From Polyangiales bacterium (GTDB lineage Bacteria; Myxococcota_A; Polyangia; Polyangiales; Ga0077539): a stretch of DNA of 64,000 nucleotides. Both the position numbers and the translations under genes were made by a program. The stretch is taken from assembly GCA_044229975.1 (NCBI GenBank), contig JBGARZ010000014.1, positions 158,865 through 222,864 on the forward strand, read 5' to 3'. Shown here piece after piece: positions 1 through 9,290 of the stretch (its first letter is position 1; each line of letters opens with the position of its first letter). Below the pieces are notes generated by a model. The model made no database searches and was not told the DNA's origin. It was given only the letters and a program-made list of their open reading frames with translations.

Positions 1-693
1 GATCTCCGTCGGGAAGCGCAACGCGCTCGGGGAGGGGATGACGACCTGCTGCGTGGCGGCGTTCCAGCGCGCGAGCCCGCTCCCGAGGTGGGTGAGTCCG
101 AAGTGGGGGCCGCCGTCGGCGCGAAACATCCGATAGGTCACCCGCGTCTCCCCGTTGAGTCGATAGCCACCCGTGACCTGAACGACGAGCGCCGGGTCTC
201 CTCCCTCGACCGTGACCATGGAGCGAGGGGTTCCGCCTGCGAAGACGGGGTCGCGAGGACAGGTGCCGAATGGAGCGCTCGGATCGACCTCGAAGGCGAC
301 GTTGCGGAGCTGCGTGCCCGACGCAAGCGTGACGTCCTCCGCGATCCAGAGGCAGCGGTCGATGGTAGGGATGCGTACGAGTGATCCGCCCACCGAGCGG
401 ACCTCCCCACCGGGACGAAAGAGCGGTCGGCACACCGGGCCCTGGTCGACGGAACGCTCGTAGGTCCTCGACCCCGTCGGGCAGCGCCAGGTGAGGGTGT
501 CGTCACAGACCGCGGGCACGACGCGGGGCGCACCGCACGGGTCCTCGTTGGGGGCGACACAGACGGGGGAGGTGGCCGGGCAGGTCGCCATGTCGGCGGC
601 CACTGAAGCATCCAGAGGTTCGTGGAGCCCGGTGCGAGAACCACAGGACACGAGCGCCCACGAGAGAAGCGCGAGGGGTGCGAGGGACTTCAT
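1..693 (-). CDS. Cys-rich putative lipoprotein, 3' end runs off the window start (partial)
   Basis: Own translation from ATG at 693: MKSLAPLALLSWALVSCGSRTGL..., a signal peptide with lipobox-like VSC; open to position 1. Absent from the ORF track because it has no stop in the window. Confidence 0.75.
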   Translation of the reverse strand, partial: MKSLAPLALLSWALVSCGSRTGLHEPLDASVAADMATCPATSPVCVAPNEDPCGAPRVVPAVCDDTLTWRCPTGSRTYERSVDQGPVCRPLFRPGGEVRSVGGSLVRIPTIDRCLWIAEDVTLASGTQLRNVAFEVDPSAPFGTCPRDPVFAGGTPRSMVTVEGGDPALVVQVTGGYRLNGETRVTYRMFRADGGPHFGLTHLGSGLARWNAATQQVVIPSPSALRFPTEI

Positions 694-760
694 CGCCGCA
701 GGAGGATAGCAACGGCAGGGCCACCTCCGGGCGGGAGGCGCCGGTGTACCGTGGGTCCCG

Positions 761-1420
761 ATGTCGCGCTCGGTGGTCAGGCTCGTCACGACGGTCGCGA
801 TGGTGCTGGCGATCCCCGTGGCGTGCGTGACGGGCGTCGCGCTCTACGGCAAGGCGCTGTCCGAGTCGGACGTCGCCATCGGAACGCTCGTATCCCCCGA
901 GGTCGCCCGCGCTCGACTGCGTGAGCTGGAGGCCCGCTTCCTCGCCATGACACCCGCCCAGCACCTCGCGGAGGCCCGTCGGGCGCTCGACGCCGGGCGC
1001 AACCCCGGTCGACGGATGGGCGGCAACCCGGGGCTCGCGCAGCAGCACCTCGACGCCATCCCGGCGACGGCCCCTGAGCATGCGCAGGCGGAGTTGATGC
1101 GCGCGGAGATCGCCAATCGCCGATTGTTCTTCCTCCGCGCGTTGGCGACGCGCGTGGGAGAGCACCTGCGAGCTGTCGCGCCCGGGAACGACGAGCAACG
1201 ACGACGCGCGCTGGCGACGGCGCTCGATCAGCGTCCTCCGGTTGGGCTGGGCAACGTTCACGTCGACGGCGACGCGGGCACCACGCTGCGGCTCGACCGG
1301 CGACGGTGCGACCAGCCGATGCTCGACGCGGTGTTTCCCTCGGAGCATCAGCAACGGATGCGCGCGCTGGGCTTCCGCGTCGTGCGGTGTGGCAACGACG
1401 CGGGCATCCTGGCGTTCTGA
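761..1420 (+). CDS. Hypothetical protein with N-terminal TM/signal anchor
   Basis: 219-aa ORF with hydrophobic N-terminus and GC3-biased codons; sits just upstream of the DUF362 gene. Confidence 0.7.
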   Translation: MSRSVVRLVTTVAMVLAIPVACVTGVALYGKALSESDVAIGTLVSPEVARARLRELEARFLAMTPAQHLAEARRALDAGRNPGRRMGGNPGLAQQHLDAIPATAPEHAQAELMRAEIANRRLFFLRALATRVGEHLRAVAPGNDEQRRRALATALDQRPPVGLGNVHVDGDAGTTLRLDRRRCDQPMLDAVFPSEHQQRMRALGFRVVRCGNDAGILAF

Positions 1421-1444
1421 TAGCTTCACGAGAGGATCACCTCC

Positions 1445-2527
1445 ATGCCCAACCGCTCCCTCAGTCGTCGTCATCTGCTCCAGTCCGCGAGCGTCGCCCT
1501 GGGCGCGGCGGCGGGCTGTTCGGACGACGCGTTGCCCGATGAGCCCATCGTCCCGATCCCGGCGGGGATGTCGGCGGTGGGCGTGGTCGGAGGCGCAGAC
1601 GTCGCCGCCGCGGTGGAGCGGGCGGTGGCGCTCGCCGGCGGCATCAACGAGATCAAGCCGGGCGACACGGTGTTCATCAAGCCCAACGTGGTGCACCCGG
1701 CGACGCGCGGGTTTCCCGCGGTCGTGACGAGCCCCGAGGTGTTGGCGGCCGTGATCCGTCTGGTGCGGCGACGTCGTCCGTCGAAGATCATCGTGGGCGA
1801 TCGGCCCTCGCGCATCTTCACGTCGGAGCTGGTGTTCCGGCTCACGGGCATCCGCGAGGCGGCGATGGCGGCGGGGGCCGATGAGGTCTTCGAGGCGCCG
1901 ATCCCGACCCGCGACCCGAGCGAGTGGGTGATGGTGCGGCCGCCGGGCTGGGAGGGCACCTGGGGCGCGCAGGGCGGCATCCTCGCGATGCGAAAGATCC
2001 TCGAAGCCGACCACTTCATCGAGGTCCCGGTGTGCAAGAACCACCGCTGGGCGGGCGTCTCGCTGTCGATGAAGAACCTCATCGGCGCAGTAGGTGACAG
2101 CTCGCGCGACGCGTTTCACTTCAACGAGGGCGACCCCGACCGCCTCTCGCGCGACATCGCGGTGATGAACCAGGCGTTCCGGCCGCTCATCTCCATCATC
2201 GACGCGCGGTCTGCGCTCATCAACGGCGGCCCGGAGGGCGTGGGCACCGACCGCGTGACGGTGACGCCGGGGTTGATCTTCGCGGGCCGCGACCGGGTGG
2301 CCCTCGACGCCGCCGCCGCGTCGCTCATCAAGATGGAGCTGGAGCGCACTGCCGTGCCGATGCCCGACGCGGTCCACGCATACCTTCGACGGACGCGGAC
2401 GTGGGCCTTGCCGCAGATCGTGCACGGCGCCGCGCACGGCCTCGGGGTGGCGAGCGCCGATCGGGTCGCGCTGCGCTTCGAGGGGGTCGCCGAGTCGGCG
2501 GCGATCGAGGCGGTCTTCCGGGCGTAG
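1445..2527 (+). CDS. DUF362 domain protein, Tat-exported lipoprotein-like
   Basis: SRRHLL twin-arginine signal followed by AGC; family motifs VFIKPNVV, EVPVCKNH, SLSMKNLIG, DRVALDA. Confidence 0.85.
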   Translation: MPNRSLSRRHLLQSASVALGAAAGCSDDALPDEPIVPIPAGMSAVGVVGGADVAAAVERAVALAGGINEIKPGDTVFIKPNVVHPATRGFPAVVTSPEVLAAVIRLVRRRRPSKIIVGDRPSRIFTSELVFRLTGIREAAMAAGADEVFEAPIPTRDPSEWVMVRPPGWEGTWGAQGGILAMRKILEADHFIEVPVCKNHRWAGVSLSMKNLIGAVGDSSRDAFHFNEGDPDRLSRDIAVMNQAFRPLISIIDARSALINGGPEGVGTDRVTVTPGLIFAGRDRVALDAAAASLIKMELERTAVPMPDAVHAYLRRTRTWALPQIVHGAAHGLGVASADRVALRFEGVAESAAIEAVFRA

Positions 2528-2534
2528 CAAGCAA

Positions 2535-2565
2535 CGGAACGTCTCACGGTCGTTGACACGTTCCG
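2535..2565. terminator. Hairpin after DUF362 gene
   Basis: Perfect 8-bp inverted repeat CGGAACGT...ACGTTCCG; no U-tract. Confidence 0.35.
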
Positions 2566-3111
2566 CTGTCTGAAGGGCGACTGGAGGCCGCGGTCGTCGA
2601 CGACGCCAACCGCGTCACGTGGCGCGAGGTGCCCGACCCGCGCTGGGAGGGTGAGGTCCCCACGCGCATGCAGGTGGCGGAGAGCACCGTGTTCCGCGGC
2701 GGAGAAGGCATCTGGTACCACGACGGCGTCGTGTACTTCAGCACCAAGGGAACCGGTCGGGTGTGGGCCCATCACGTGGCTTCGGCGACCCTCGAAGTCA
2801 TCTACGATGGTCCATCGATGGCCGCGCCCGCCATTCGCGGCGTCGACAATCTCACCGTGTCCTGCTGCGGCGACGTGCTGGTCGCGGAGGACCGCGGCAC
2901 GATGAAGGTCGTCGCGATCCTGCCAAGCGGCGAGTTGAAGCCACTCTTGCAGGTCGTGGGGCACGACGACTCCGAGGTCACCGGCCCGGCCTTCGACCCG
3001 AGCGGAACGCGGCTCTACTTCAGTTCGCAGCGCGGAGTGGGCGCTGACGCTAGGACGGGCACCGGCGTGACCTACGAGGTGGCCGGTCCCTTCCATGCGA
3101 CGCGTGCCTGA
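2563..3111 (+). pseudogene. phoX: 5'-truncated PhoX (DUF839) alkaline phosphatase, C-terminal part only
   Basis: Motifs GGEGIWY, DNLTV, LVAEDRG, SEVTGPAFDPSGTRLYFSSQRG, GVTYEVAGPF. The frame extends upstream only to an in-frame TGA at 2554-2556. No Tat signal or N-terminal half. Confidence 0.8.
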
Positions 3112-3152
3112 CGCGTGGCGCAAACGGCGATGGATCGCGGCGTCAGACGCAG

Positions 3153-3194
3153 AAACGGCGGGGGAGCCCTGGGGGGGGCTCCGACCCGCCGTTT
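3153..3194. terminator. Hairpin downstream of ssrA (terminator or att-associated)
   Basis: AAACGGCGGG-GGAGCCC...GGGCTCC-GA-CCCGCCGTTT inverted repeat. Confidence 0.5.
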
Positions 3195-3237
3195 GCTACA
3201 CGCGAGCCGATTCGTGAGGAAAAACAACCAGTTAAAC

Positions 3238-3601
3238 GGTGGAGGCGCCGGGAGTCGAACCCGGGTCCGCAAGTGCTCAACGATGACTTCTACACGACAT
3301 AGCCGATGATCAGGTCTCGTCAGGTCTCGTGCTCATCGGCAGGCACTCCACCCAACCAGCACCCCCTGAATCTCGCCTCTTACCCGGGGCACCCTGGTGA
3401 GAAGCCAGCCAGTTCATTTACGCACCTCGCCGAGCACTGGCAGCCTCGACGGGGCACGGCGTTACGGGTTCTTAGGCCGCGAACGCGAGAGGAACGTCAT
3501 TATCGTTCGCATCTCTGGATTCCCGCAGTATTTACGCCGTTACGGGCCGGCGGTCGTGCCATCGATCGCGTCACAACCCACGTCGAAACCGTTTCGCCCC
3601 C
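3238..3601 (-). ncRNA. ssrA: tmRNA (transfer-messenger RNA)
   Basis: 5' GGGGGCGAAACGGTTTCGAC; 3' GCGGACCCGGGTTCGACTCCCGGCGCCTCCACC; acceptor stem with G3-U wobble; internal tag ORF. Confidence 0.97.
3472..3510 (-). other. tmRNA proteolysis tag reading frame (A)ANDNDVPLAFAA*
   Basis: GCG AAC GAT AAT GAC GTT CCT CTC GCG TTC GCG GCC TAA. Confidence 0.95.
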
Positions 3602-3669
3602 TGTTGAAGTTGTCTGCGGTTTCACCCGCGTCGCAACCACCAGAGTCATGGATCACCAACGCACGGCGC

Positions 3670-3699
3670 ACCATGAGGCCCTCCCCCGCGGCGCGTCAA
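3670..3699 (-). promoter_or_regulatory. Putative sigma70-type promoter of ssrA
   Basis: TTGACG-18 nt-CATGGT on the minus strand, about 70 nt upstream of the mature tmRNA 5' end. Confidence 0.4.
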
Positions 3700-3765
3700 G
3701 TACGCTCCCATCCCCGCGAGACCTCTCTTGACCCTTCCGCAGCGCTGGGGCACCTAACCGACCCG

Positions 3766-4395
3766 ATGCCTGTCGAGCCGCCGCCGAAGAAGGAACAGTT
3801 CCAGAAGCTCCTCGAACGCGGCAACGTGTTCGTCCACCTCGACCCCCGCGTCGCTGGCGTCGTCGTCCCCGCCGGGCACGCTCAGAAGCCCCAGCTCGTG
3901 CTCCACCTCGGGCTCAATTTCGCCGTCCCCATCCCCGACCTCACCGTCACCGAGCGCGGCATCCGCTGCACCCTCTCCTTCAATCGCACGCCCTTCACCT
4001 GCGACCTCCCGTGGCGCGCCATCTACGCCATGGTCGCCGAAGACGGTCAGGTCACCCTCTGGCCGACCGAGCTGCCGCCTGAGCTTGTTCCGAAGCCCGC
4101 GCCGGTTCGCCGCGTCGCCCCGACCTCGCGCGGCAGTCGCAATCGCGCCACCGTCGACCCGCCCGCGCCCGAAGCCGAGCCCGACGAAGCCGCCGCCGAG
4201 CGCCCGCGCCCGCACATCGCCGCCGTCCCCTCGAAAAACGCCCCGCGCCTCGCCCCCGTCACGCAGCTCAAGCCGCCGACCCCCGCCCCGGCCGCCGCCC
4301 TCGACGCCGACCCGCCGGGCGACGAGCCGACCCCGGCCTCGACCGATCGTAAGGGCGCGCGCGAGCGGCCTGCCTGGCTTCGCGTCGTCAAGTAG
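3766..4395 (+). CDS. sspB: ClpXP protease specificity-enhancing factor SspB-like
   Basis: VFVHLDPR..GVVVP, LVLHLG, DLTVTERGIRCTLSFNR, LPWRAIYAM; disordered tail ending PAWLRVVK (ClpX-binding-like). Confidence 0.85.
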   Translation: MPVEPPPKKEQFQKLLERGNVFVHLDPRVAGVVVPAGHAQKPQLVLHLGLNFAVPIPDLTVTERGIRCTLSFNRTPFTCDLPWRAIYAMVAEDGQVTLWPTELPPELVPKPAPVRRVAPTSRGSRNRATVDPPAPEAEPDEAAAERPRPHIAAVPSKNAPRLAPVTQLKPPTPAPAAALDADPPGDEPTPASTDRKGARERPAWLRVVK

Positions 4396-4432
4396 TTCGG
4401 TCTACCAACCATCGCCCCGCGGCGATGCCCCG

Positions 4433-5032
4433 CTACACCGCGCGCGAATCCTCGAGCTCCTCCGCCAGGAAGGCGAGAATCACCTCATCGAGCGATCGTT
4501 CGGAGACCAACGACTCGCCAAACACCGCGTGCTTCGCGGCCGCGAGCGGCAGCGGCGGAACCGACGCCGCGACCGACAGCGGTGGCGCCGACGGCGCCGT
4601 GGGGAGGTTCGATCGCGGCGGGGGAGGGGGAGGCGCCCCGCGGCTGATCGGCAGGCTCGGCGTGAGCGGCGTCGGCGCGGCGGGCGGCACCGAGTTGCTC
4701 TCGTCCGTCGGGATGCTCGCCTCGACCGCAGCCGCAGGCGCCGCCACGTTGACGCCCGCCATCTCGTCGAACTGCCCCTCGCGCAGGGCGATGAACATCG
4801 CCTTGTGCTGGTCCTGCATGAGCTTCTTGACCTGCTTCTCCAGGTCGTCGGTCTCCAGCAGGTGCGCGTAGCCCGTCTTCTGCGACTTCAGGATGCGTCC
4901 GCCGTCCGCGAACAGGTGCGTCATCACGTGAGGCTTCTGGATGCCAGAGTCCTCCGTCTGGATGTGGAACACCTTCCCCTTGTGGCGGACGTTGGTGTTG
5001 TATCCGAGCAGCGGTGACTGCACCTTCGCCAT
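4433..5032 (-). CDS. Conserved hypothetical protein (GYNTNV/HIQTED domain, Pro-rich linker, C-terminal SLDEVIL motif)
   Basis: 199-aa ORF with strong codon bias; last gene of a minus-strand operon. Confidence 0.85.
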   Translation of the reverse strand: MAKVQSPLLGYNTNVRHKGKVFHIQTEDSGIQKPHVMTHLFADGGRILKSQKTGYAHLLETDDLEKQVKKLMQDQHKAMFIALREGQFDEMAGVNVAAPAAAVEASIPTDESNSVPPAAPTPLTPSLPISRGAPPPPPPRSNLPTAPSAPPLSVAASVPPLPLAAAKHAVFGESLVSERSLDEVILAFLAEELEDSRAV

Positions 5033-5047
5033 ACGGGGATCTCCGTT

Positions 5048-5302
5048 CTAACCCACCAACCGGTCGAGCAGGCGCCCCGGCACGAACCACAGCGCGGCCC
5101 AACCAATCAGGCACGTCCACCAGCCGATCGCCAGCCGCTTCCAACCTGCCCGCCAACCCGCGAGCGGAGGAAACAGCAACCGCTGCCACCACGGCGTCCC
5201 GGTGAGCCTCACGGCGAGCGCCCCGTGCTCCAACACGAAGAGCGCCGCCAGAAACGCCTGCAACACCAGGCACACCACCGCCGTCGTCAGGTAGCGCTCC
5301 AT
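5048..5302 (-). CDS. Small membrane protein
   Basis: 84 aa with hydrophobic segments; tight operon spacing. Confidence 0.7.
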   Translation of the reverse strand: MERYLTTAVVCLVLQAFLAALFVLEHGALAVRLTGTPWWQRLLFPPLAGWRAGWKRLAIGWWTCLIGWAALWFVPGRLLDRLVG

Positions 5303-5308
5303 CTCCCC

Positions 5309-6445
5309 TTATCCCTCGGCGCTCACCGACGTTCCGTCAATGGGCACCGCCACCGGCCGACGACCGCCGCGCAGCGAGCGCCACCCCGACCACGCCTCGC
5401 CCAGCGCCTCGGCCGCCCGCGACTCCAGCGCCGTCACGTCACCGCCGCCCGCTCGCATCTCCTCGATGACCGCCGCCGCCGCCACCGCCCGCCGCGTCTC
5501 CAGGTAGCACCGCGCCAGCGAGGGCAGCACCGTCGCCCGCAGCGCCCCATCCAGCGCCATCGCGCGCCGCAGCGGGCCGATGGCCTCCGCGTACCGCGCC
5601 TGCGCCACCAGCGCCTCGCCCAGCGCGACGTACACCTCCGACGCCGCCGGGCCGTCGTGCGCGTACTGCGCGGCCAGCCGCAGGGCGTCGCCGCACTCGT
5701 CCGCCCGCTCGATGCGAACCAGCGACCGACCCAGCGCCACCAGCGCCCGCGCCACCACCGCCCGACCCTCCGGCCCCATCGCCGCGCCGTCGGGCGTTCG
5801 CAGGTAGGTCACCAGCACGCCGAACTGCGGCGCCATCACCGACACCACGTCTTCGTCGCGGCCCTCGGCGCCCGCCTCGCGCACCGCGTCGAGCTGCGCC
5901 AGGTCGATCGTCACCCCGCGCGGTCGGCCCGCCCGCAGCACCTCCACCACCCGCGCCCGCAAGAACCGACGCACCTCGTCGAGCGGCACCTCGACCTCGC
6001 CGTCGTCCGCTCCCAACGCCAGCGCCGTCGACCCCTCGGCCAGCAGCGCCGCCTTCATGTCGATGCCGAAGAGGGGAGCCAGCAAGATCGTTCGCATCCC
6101 TACGATCGCTCGCAGTGCGTCGTCGTCGATGCGGCCCTTCACCGTCGGCGACGCCTCGTCCTCCATCAGCGTCGCGATCACCGCGTCGCGCAATTGGTCC
6201 GGCGTCCCCGAGCCCTGCACCTCGGCCGCGCCCGCGACGTCACGCACCCACTGGAGGTCGCCCACCGCGTTGGTGTTGCGGTCGACCGAGGCCGAGATCA
6301 CCCGGTAACCCGCCACCAGCGACAGCGCCACCAGCGCCTCGCCCACGCCCGCGCACAGCCGCCCGAGCGCCGGGACGCCCTTCAGTACGCGATCGAACCA
6401 ACCGTCCGCCCGAACGCCATCCAGCGCGTAGCGCTGGGCGCTCAT
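5309..6445 (-). CDS. TPR-containing protein
   Basis: Start MSAQRYAL overlaps the upstream stop (ATGA); C-terminal TPR-like helices (VYVALGEAL..RYAEAIGPLRRA). Confidence 0.75.
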   Translation of the reverse strand: MSAQRYALDGVRADGWFDRVLKGVPALGRLCAGVGEALVALSLVAGYRVISASVDRNTNAVGDLQWVRDVAGAAEVQGSGTPDQLRDAVIATLMEDEASPTVKGRIDDDALRAIVGMRTILLAPLFGIDMKAALLAEGSTALALGADDGEVEVPLDEVRRFLRARVVEVLRAGRPRGVTIDLAQLDAVREAGAEGRDEDVVSVMAPQFGVLVTYLRTPDGAAMGPEGRAVVARALVALGRSLVRIERADECGDALRLAAQYAHDGPAASEVYVALGEALVAQARYAEAIGPLRRAMALDGALRATVLPSLARCYLETRRAVAAAAVIEEMRAGGGDVTALESRAAEALGEAWSGWRSLRGGRRPVAVPIDGTSVSAEG

Positions 6446-7422
6446 GGGCCGCCCTGTGCCTCGCGGGCGAGCTTCTCGCGGTACCACGCGATGGTCCGCT
6501 CGATGCCGTCCTCCAGCTCCACCTTCGCCTGGAACCCGAGCAGCTCCTTCGCCTTGCTCGTGTCCGGGATGCGCAGCTCCACGTCCGCGAAGGGCCAGTC
6601 CACGAACTTGATCTCCGACGTCGACTTCGCCAGCGACACCACCATCCGCGCGAGCTGGTAGATGGTCACCGTCGCCCGCGTGTTGCCGATGTTGAACGCG
6701 TGGCCCACCGCCTCGTCGCGCTCCAGCGTCAGCAGCACGCTGTCGACGATGTCGTCGATGAAGCACCACGAGCGGATCTGGTCGCCGGCGTTGTGGATGG
6801 TGATGGGTTCGTTCTTGATGGCGCGCAGCACGAACGCGTGGACCGCGCCCTCGCCGACCTGCCCGGGCCCGAAGATGTTGAAGGGCCGGATGCTCACCGT
6901 CGGGAGACCGAACTGCTTGTGGTAGCAGTGCGCCAGGTGCTCCGTCGCGAGCTTGCTCACGGCGTACGTCCACCGCGCCTCGCCCACCGCGCCGAGGGTC
7001 GTCACGTCGCCCTCACCCACCCTGAACGCGTACCGACCGAACACCTCGCTCGTCGAGAAGTCGATGAAGCGCTCGACCAGCGGCAGCCGCTCGCGGGCGC
7101 AGCGCAGCGCCGTCATGGTGCCTTCGAGGGCGATCTCCATGGTGGGCACCGGGTTCTTGAGCACCGTGTCGACGCCCGCGATGGAGGCCAGGTGCACCAC
7201 GTGGGTGCAGCCGTCCATCGCCTTGCCCAAGGCCGCAGCGTCGCGGACGTCGCCCGCGATGAGCGTCACGTTGGGGTGCTTGTCGAGGCCCGCCGGGCCG
7301 AGCGCGTTGCGGCGCAGCAGGTCGAACACCACGCACTCGTTGCTCTCGCTGAGCTTTCGCACGAGCCCCGTGCCGATGAAACCCGCGCCGCCCGTCAGGA
7401 GAATCCGCTTGCCCGTGATCAT
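6442..7422 (-). CDS. NAD-dependent epimerase/dehydratase (extended SDR)
   Basis: ILLTGGAGFIG, STSEVFG, YAVSK (YxxxK), RPFNIFGP. Confidence 0.92.
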   Translation of the reverse strand: MITGKRILLTGGAGFIGTGLVRKLSESNECVVFDLLRRNALGPAGLDKHPNVTLIAGDVRDAAALGKAMDGCTHVVHLASIAGVDTVLKNPVPTMEIALEGTMTALRCARERLPLVERFIDFSTSEVFGRYAFRVGEGDVTTLGAVGEARWTYAVSKLATEHLAHCYHKQFGLPTVSIRPFNIFGPGQVGEGAVHAFVLRAIKNEPITIHNAGDQIRSWCFIDDIVDSVLLTLERDEAVGHAFNIGNTRATVTIYQLARMVVSLAKSTSEIKFVDWPFADVELRIPDTSKAKELLGFQAKVELEDGIERTIAWYREKLAREAQGGP

Positions 7423-7523
7423 GTTGCGCTCAGGTCTGTACCCCAATCCCACGCCCGGCGGAACCCTTCGTCCGCTCTCCCCGCGCATCCCAATCCCCGC
7501 CACGACGGTGTTAGCGTCGAGCG

Positions 7524-9059
7524 GTGACATCCCGTCGACTCGTCCACGTCGCCCTCGCTCCGGTCGTGCTGCTCGCCTGCGCGGCGCAAGACAACGTCGG
7601 CTTCGTCGATCGCCTCGACGGAGGCGCCGCGCGTGACGCCCGCGTCGACGTCGGCAGAGGCACCGACACCGGTCGCGTCGATCGACCCGTTGCGAACACC
7701 GACCAGGGCGTGGTCGTCGCGCCCGAAGACCAGCCCTCCGTCGAGCCCGCCGACGTGATGAGCGTCTACGACGACGCCTCCGTCCCCGCCGCGGACGGCT
7801 GCGCCATGGGCGCCGCCTGCACCCCGCGACCCGACGGCTGCGAGGCGACCGAGCGCTGCAACAACGGCCTCGACGACAACTGCAACGGCATGAGCGACGA
7901 GGCGTGTCCGTGCGTGCCGGGGACGGTGCAGGACTGCTTCCTCGGGCCGCCCGGACGGCAGGGCGTCGGGCAGTGCCGCGCGGGGACGCAGCGCTGTCAG
8001 GGGACGGGGGAGTTCGGGACGTGGTCGGCCTGCGCGGGTGGCATCTCGCCGGGCGCCGAGTCCTGCGACAGCCTCGACAACAACTGCGACGGCTGCGTGG
8101 ACGAAGGGCTCTGCTGCCGCTCCGAGCTCTTGTGTCCGGGGCCGGGCGATCCGCGCGTTCCCGACGGGCGTCCCTTCGGGCTGTATCCGCTGCGCGGCGG
8201 GATGTTCTTCGTGGGCGATGTGGCGCGCTGGCAGTGGACGATCCGCGGTGGTCCGTGTGAGTCCGTGCTCCCGCGGCCGACCTTCGAGACCTACGGGCTC
8301 GACACCCGCGACGGTGCCTTCCGTCCAACGCTGTCGGGCGACTACACCGTCACGCTCACGGTCACCACCCGGCGCGGCGAGACCTTCACCTGCACCTTCG
8401 TCGTCCACGTCGCGGGGCCGGGGCTGCGCGTCGAGCTCTGCTGGGACACCAGCACCACCGTCGACGTCGACCTCTACCTGCACGACCCGCGCAACATGCG
8501 GCCGTGGTTCAGCAGCACCGCGGGGCCGCTCACGTCGACCACCAACGACTCGTGCAACTGGTCCAACTGCGAGTCCAACATCCGCGGGAGCATGGGCCGC
8601 GTCTCCTGGGGGTACGCCAACACCCCGCTCGCCAATTGCGAAAACGGTCCCTTCGGCGCCGGGTGGCGGGCTCTCGGCTTCTGCGCCAACCCCCGCCTCG
8701 ACATCGACAACAACCTCTCGAAGGCCATCGGCGTCCCCGAGAACGTCAACGTCGACGCCCCCCGCGACGGCGAGAGCTTCCGCATCATGGCGCAGAACTT
8801 CACCGGCTCCGCGGCGCGCCCCGTGGTCAACGTCTACTGCGGCGGTCGCCTCCGCGGGACGCTCGGCGCGGCCCCCGACTCGCTGCCCGACTTCACCGGG
8901 TCGTCGGGGCACACCAGCGTCGGGGCGATGTGGCGCGTGGCGGATGTGGCCGTTCATGTCGACGCGACGGGCGCAACGACGGGCTGCGACGTCACGCCGC
9001 TGCACCCGCCGGGGATGCGCGCGGGCTTCGACGTCACACGCAACGACCCGCGGTACTGA
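7524..9059 (+). CDS. Cys-rich lipoprotein with MopE-like metal-binding repeats
   Basis: Lipobox LLAC; repeats ERCNNGLDDNCNGMSDE and ESCDSLDNNCDGCVDE; C-terminal DVDLYLH...PENVNV domain. Confidence 0.8.
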   Translation: MTSRRLVHVALAPVVLLACAAQDNVGFVDRLDGGAARDARVDVGRGTDTGRVDRPVANTDQGVVVAPEDQPSVEPADVMSVYDDASVPAADGCAMGAACTPRPDGCEATERCNNGLDDNCNGMSDEACPCVPGTVQDCFLGPPGRQGVGQCRAGTQRCQGTGEFGTWSACAGGISPGAESCDSLDNNCDGCVDEGLCCRSELLCPGPGDPRVPDGRPFGLYPLRGGMFFVGDVARWQWTIRGGPCESVLPRPTFETYGLDTRDGAFRPTLSGDYTVTLTVTTRRGETFTCTFVVHVAGPGLRVELCWDTSTTVDVDLYLHDPRNMRPWFSSTAGPLTSTTNDSCNWSNCESNIRGSMGRVSWGYANTPLANCENGPFGAGWRALGFCANPRLDIDNNLSKAIGVPENVNVDAPRDGESFRIMAQNFTGSAARPVVNVYCGGRLRGTLGAAPDSLPDFTGSSGHTSVGAMWRVADVAVHVDATGATTGCDVTPLHPPGMRAGFDVTRNDPRY

Positions 9060-9101
9060 CCGCCCCTTGTCGCGAGCGCCCGCGTCTGGAATTCTCCAGG
9101 C

Positions 9102-9278
9102 ATGCCGACGTGCCCCGTGTGCAAGGACGAAGTCGACTCCCTGAAGGTCGCCAAGGTCGATGGGAAGAAGAAGAAGCTCTGCGAGGACTGCTACGACCGC
9201 GCGGTGGAGTCCGACACCATCGCCCAGGAGAGCGAGTCGGCGGTGCAGTCGATGATGGGGTTCAAGGGAAGGCGCTGA
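9102..9278 (+). CDS. Small (58 aa) CxxC...CxxC zinc-finger-like protein
   Basis: Own translation MPTCPVCKDEVDSLKVAKVDGKKKKLCEDCYDRAVESDTIAQESESAVQSMMGFKGRR*; strong GC3 bias; fills the intergenic gap. Confidence 0.8.
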   Translation: MPTCPVCKDEVDSLKVAKVDGKKKKLCEDCYDRAVESDTIAQESESAVQSMMGFKGRR

Positions 9279-9290
9279 GGGAGAGGCGGG

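Noticed and set aside
3238..3275. Stand-alone tRNA gene
   Set aside because: It is the tRNA-like 3' domain of tmRNA.
3397..3765. N-terminal extension of the sspB ORF
   Set aside because: Overlaps tmRNA antisense; homology starts near ATG 3766.
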